This document shows, piece by piece, positions 60,746 through 64,000 of a stretch of DNA of 64,000 nucleotides. The notes under the pieces were generated by a model, which saw only the letters and a list, made by a program, of their open reading frames with translations, had not been told where the DNA came from and did no database searches. How positions within the stretch are numbered: the first letter of the stretch is position 1; every line of letters starts with the position of its first letter. Source of the stretch: an uncultured Chloroflexia bacterium. GTDB lineage: Bacteria; Chloroflexota; Limnocylindria; Limnocylindrales; CSP1-4. The stretch lies in NCBI GenBank assembly GCA_963813305.1, contig CAWEYP010000007.1, positions 67,965 through 131,964 on the forward strand, written 5' to 3'. The translations under genes were made by a program, and so were the position numbers.

Positions 60746-60791
60746 GAGGTTAAGAAACCGCCATCCGGGCAGCGCGTGCCAGAATTCGGCC

Positions 60792-62151
60792 ATGAGCTTC
60801 ATCGCCGGGCCCCGGCGCGCGCGTCGGTCCCCCTCCCTGCACCTGTCCACCGCGGCGTTGGTCGCGGCCGTCGCCCTTCTCGTGGTCGCCTGCGGCGACC
60901 CGGCGCCGAGCGCCACTCCCGGTGCGAGCGCCAGCCCCGCTCCAACCGCAATCCCCGGGTCCACCGCGACACCCGCCCCGTCGGCCACGCCCGCCCCGTC
61001 GGTCGACACGACGGCCCTCTACCGCGCGATCGAGGACCAGGTGATCGAGGAGCGGGGGCTGCCCGCGAAGAAGCGCCTCGAGCCCACGATCCTGTCCGAG
61101 GCCGAAGCGAAAGCCTGGATCGCGGCCGACTACCGGGCCGACAACCCGCCAAAGACGATCGCCGACGCGGAGGCCAGCTTGAAGGCGATGGGCCTCCTGC
61201 CCGCTGACGCGTCGCTCGAGTCGCTCTATGTCGACCTGCTCAGCTCACAGGTGGCGGCCTTCTACGACCCGAAGGCGAAGCAGATCTTCGTGATCTCCAG
61301 GTCCGGCTCGATGGGCGCCGCCGAGAAGGTCTACTTCTCCCACGAGTTCACGCACGCGCTGCAGGACCAGGACTTCGGCCCGGAGGGCACGGATGTCAAC
61401 GTCGAGGGGCAGGGGGACCGCTCGCTTGCGAGACTGAGCCTGCTGGAGGGCGACGCCAGCCTCCTGATGACCCGGTGGATGGTCCAGCACCTGACCCCCG
61501 ACGAGCTGCAGGAGCTGCTGCAGGTCGACATGGAGGCCCAGGCCCAGCTGGAGCGGATGCCGGCGATCCTGCGCGAGTCGCTCCTCTTCCCGTACCAGCA
61601 GGGCCTCATCTTCGTGAATGGCCTCTGGGCGAAGGGCGGCTGGAAGGCCGTGGACGCGGTCTACGGCCGGCTCCCCGACTCGACCGAGCAGATCCTTCAC
61701 CCCGAGAAGTACGAGGCCGGCGAGAAGCCCCTCGAGGTCTCCCTGGACGCCGATGCGCTGGCGAAGGCGATGGGCCCGGGCTGGTCGGGCACCCCCGAGG
61801 ACACCCTCGGCGAGTTCCAGCTCTCGGTCTGGCTGAAGGAGAACGGGGTCAAGGCGCTGGCCGCCGGTGACGCGGCCGCGGGCTGGGGCGGCGACCGCCT
61901 TGCCTACCTGCGCGGCCCGGACGGGGCGTACGGCGCTCGTGTTGAGGACCACCTGGGACTCGCCGGCCGAGGCCAAGGAGTTCCTGGACGCGGCCCAGAC
62001 CGCGACTGCCGGTCTCCCGGGCGCGGCCCGCGCCGAGTTCCCGGCCCAGCGGGGCGGCGAGATCCGCGACGTCTGGGTCTACGCCGCCAGCGACGCGGCG
62101 ACCCTGGAGCGGCTCGCCGCCGCGACTCGGGGCTCAGGCTCCGGCGGCTGA
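60792..62151 (+). CDS. Lipoprotein with an HExxH zincin motif; frame break near 61934
   Basis: LVAAVALLVVAC (lipobox), an Ala/Pro/Thr linker, YFSHEFTHALQD (HExxH), then ..RGPDGAYG joins ORF 61867..62151 (ALVLRTTWDSPAEAKEFLD..). Confidence 0.65.
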
Positions 62152-62180
62152 CCCCACGTCCGACGCGGTCGGGGCGTCGG

Positions 62181-63917
62181 CTACATCGCCTCGGGCGCGG
62201 AGATGCCCAGGAGGCCGAGCGCGCCGGCCAGGGTCTGCTGCGTCGCGCGCACGAGCGCGAGCCGCGACGCCGATCGTTCCGGCTCGGCCGCGTCAACGAC
62301 CCGAGCGTCCCGGTAGAACGCGTGGAACTGGGTCGCGAGCTCGGTGGCGAAGGCGGTGACGCCCTGCGTCTCTTCGGCGGCCGCCGCGTCCTCGACCACC
62401 TCGGGGAAGCGGGCCAGCGCCCGGACGAGGGCGCCCTCGGGCGTTGCCGGCCCGCCGCCGAGCGATCCGGCAGCGACGCCGGCGCCCGGCACCAGGCCGG
62501 CCTCCGCGGCCTTGCGCAGGATCGAGGCGATCCGGGCGTGGGCGTACTGGACGTAGTAGACCGGGTTCTCGTTCGACTGCTTCTTCGCCAGCTCGATGTC
62601 GAAGTCGATCCCGCAGGTGTGCCCGCGGGCGGCGAAGAACCAGCGCGCCGCGTCCACGCCGATCTCGGCGAGCAGCTCGTCGAGGGTGATGAACTCGCCG
62701 GCCCGCTTGGACATCGAGACCTCGACCCCGTCGCGCACGAACCGGACCCAGGCCATGAGGAGCATCTCGACCGCCTCGCGGTCGTAGCCCATCGCCTCGG
62801 CGGCGTTGCGCAGGCGAGCCACCGTGCCGTGGTGGTCGGCGCCCCAGATGTAGATCAGGTGGTCGAAGCCGCGGCTGAACTTCTCGACGACGTAGCCGAT
62901 GTCCGACCGCGAAGTAGGTGGAGTCGCCGTTCGACTTGCGGACGACCCGGTCCTTGTCGTCGCCGAAGTCGGTCGAGCGGAACCAGAGCGCGCCGTCCTG
63001 CTCGTAGAGGTGGCCCGAGGCGCGGAGGCGCTCGACCGCCCGCTCGACCCAGCCCTCGCGGTACAGCGAGCCCTCGCTCTTCCAGACGTCGAACCGGACG
63101 CCGAGCGTGGCAAGGCGACGCCTCGATCCCGGCCCGGACCCGCTCCGAGGCCCACTCGCCGACGATCCATGCCGTGTCGCGCGCGCCCTCGTCGCCCGCC
63201 GCGGCGTCGCCGGCCGCGTCGGCGGCCGCCCAGACGTCGGCGGGGATCTCCCGCGCCAGGTCGTGGACGTAGTCGCCCCGGTAGCCGTCCTCGGGGATCG
63301 CGGTCGCCGCGGCGGATCGCGACGACCGAGCCACCGAGGTTCCGGACCTGCGCCCCGAAGTCGTTGAAGTAGTACTCGCGGGTGACCTGGTGGCCCGCCG
63401 CCTCGAGGACGCGGCAGAGCAGGTCGCCGACGAAGGCGCCGCGGGCGTTGCCGATGTGCAGCGGCCCGGTCGGGTTGGCCGAGACGAACTCCACGTTGAC
63501 GCGCCGGGGCGTCGTGGCCCGGACCCGTCCCCAGGCCTCGGGTGCCGCCAGGACGCCCGCGACGAGCCCCTCCAGGGCGCCGTCGGACAACCGCAGGTTG
63601 AGGAAGCCGGGCGGCGCGACGGCCACGCCGGCGATCACCGAGCCAGGCTCGCCGACCGCGGTCGCGAGCTCGTCGGCCAGGGCCTGCGCGATCCGCAGGG
63701 GCGGCATCCGGTAGGGGCGGGCCAGCTTCATCGCCAGGCCTGTCGCCAGGTCGCCGTGCTCGGGCTTGGCCGGGCGTTCGATCTCGACCGCGGGCAGCTC
63801 GGCGTGCTCCGGGGCGGCCGGCAGCGTGCCCGAGGCGACCGCCCGCTCCCAGGCGGCGCCAACGGCGTCCCGGGCGCGGGCTCGCAGGGGGGTCAGCTGG
63901 GACGGGGGCTCATGCAC
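62181..63917 (-). CDS. argS: Arginine-tRNA ligase; three compensating frame breaks (near 63310, 63115, 62908)
   Basis: [19 protein letters not shown] (HIGH), ..[15 protein letters not shown].. (ORF 62855..63334 frame), ..[32 protein letters not shown] (third frame), [25 protein letters not shown] (KMSK-like). Confidence 0.95.
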   Translation of the reverse strand: MHEPPSQLTPLRARARDAVGAAWERAVASGTLPAAPEHAELPAVEIERPAKPEHGDLATGLAMKLARPYRMPPLRIAQALADELATAVGEPGSVIAGVAVAPPGFLNLRLSDGALEGLVAGVLAAPEAWGRVRATTPRRVNVEFVSANPTGPLHIGNARGAFVGDLLCRVLEAAGHQVTREYYFNDFGAQVRNLGGSVVAIRRGDRDPRGRLPGRLRPRPGAGDPRRRLGGRRRGRRRRGGRRGRARHGMDRRRVGLGAGPGRDRGVALPRSASGSTSGRARARCTARAGSSGRSSASAPRATSTSRTARSGSARPTSATTRTGSSASRTATPPTSRSDIGYVVEKFSRGFDHLIYIWGADHHGTVARLRNAAEAMGYDREAVEMLLMAWVRFVRDGVEVSMSKRAGEFITLDELLAEIGVDAARWFFAARGHTCGIDFDIELAKKQSNENPVYYVQYAHARIASILRKAAEAGLVPGAGVAAGSLGGGPATPEGALVRALARFPEVVEDAAAAEETQGVTAFATELATQFHAFYRDARVVDAAEPERSASRLALVRATQQTLAGALGLLGISAPEAM

Positions 63918-64000
63918 CGCGCCATCCTAGCGGAGCCACCCGGTCTCACGATGACGCCGTAAGGTCGGACCCGTCTCGCGTGTCATCTCCATGAGTACTG

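Noticed and set aside
60765-60782. Sigma-54-like element CTGGCACGCGCTGCCCGG on the minus strand.
   Set aside because: The GG to GC spacing is 8 nt instead of the required 10, and the -12 element TTGC is missing.
60650-60790. Possible SRP (4.5S) RNA, because of ..GCAGGUCC..GGCGAAGCC..GGAGCCGC..
   Set aside because: The invariant helix-8 motif (GGUCC-GGAA-GGAAGCAGC type, with a GNRA tetraloop) is not present, and the length and pairing do not fit. I kept it only as an unclassified structured RNA candidate.

Overview
The window is a very GC-rich chromosomal segment (about 70% by eye, not computed). It looks actinobacterial, judged from lipoboxes, a SARP/BTAD module, a DUF385 F420-type protein, a PIG-L deacetylase and GAAC-N4-GTTC LexA boxes. 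I recognised no rRNA, tRNA, CRISPR array, transposase or integrase.

Content by region:
- 1-15 kb: a large envelope-glycosylation cluster with GT2, GT4, several polytopic GT-C/GT87-like enzymes, a flippase-like protein, an epimerase, a PIG-L deacetylase and a CelD-type acyltransferase. It runs into pcm.
- 17-25 kb: a DUF5317-MFS ORF, an HD-GYP protein, a low-GC island with a candidate sRNA, a 1150-aa STAND ATPase carrying a C-terminal SARP module, a dodecin and a zinc-ribbon protein.
- 26.5-30.5 kb: dnaB, lexA (with SOS box), an atypical receiver, a DUF1232 protein and rplI.
- 30.6-35.2 kb: two more giant GT-C-type membrane proteins in one open frame.
- 35.2-41.6 kb: dinB, a LexA-box-controlled 90-aa ORF, then a cyclodeaminase-folD-fhs-FNT channel operon.
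- 42-64 kb: small envelope proteins, hutH, transporters, a GNAT with NPF repeats, MazF-like and RES-Xre toxin modules, a HisD paralogue, two TIMP-like anchored proteins, hutU, formimidoyltransferase, hutI, an MBL hydrolase, a structured non-coding region, a zincin lipoprotein and argS.

Major caveat: following the conserved protein sequence requires about fifty single-base frame changes, mostly extra bases at short G/C runs. They are clustered, with at least 11 in hutH and none in dnaB or dinB. Many features below are therefore joined across ORF-track fragments. Junction coordinates come from manual tracing and are good to about 10-20 nt. All family assignments come from motif recognition by eye; no database search was run.
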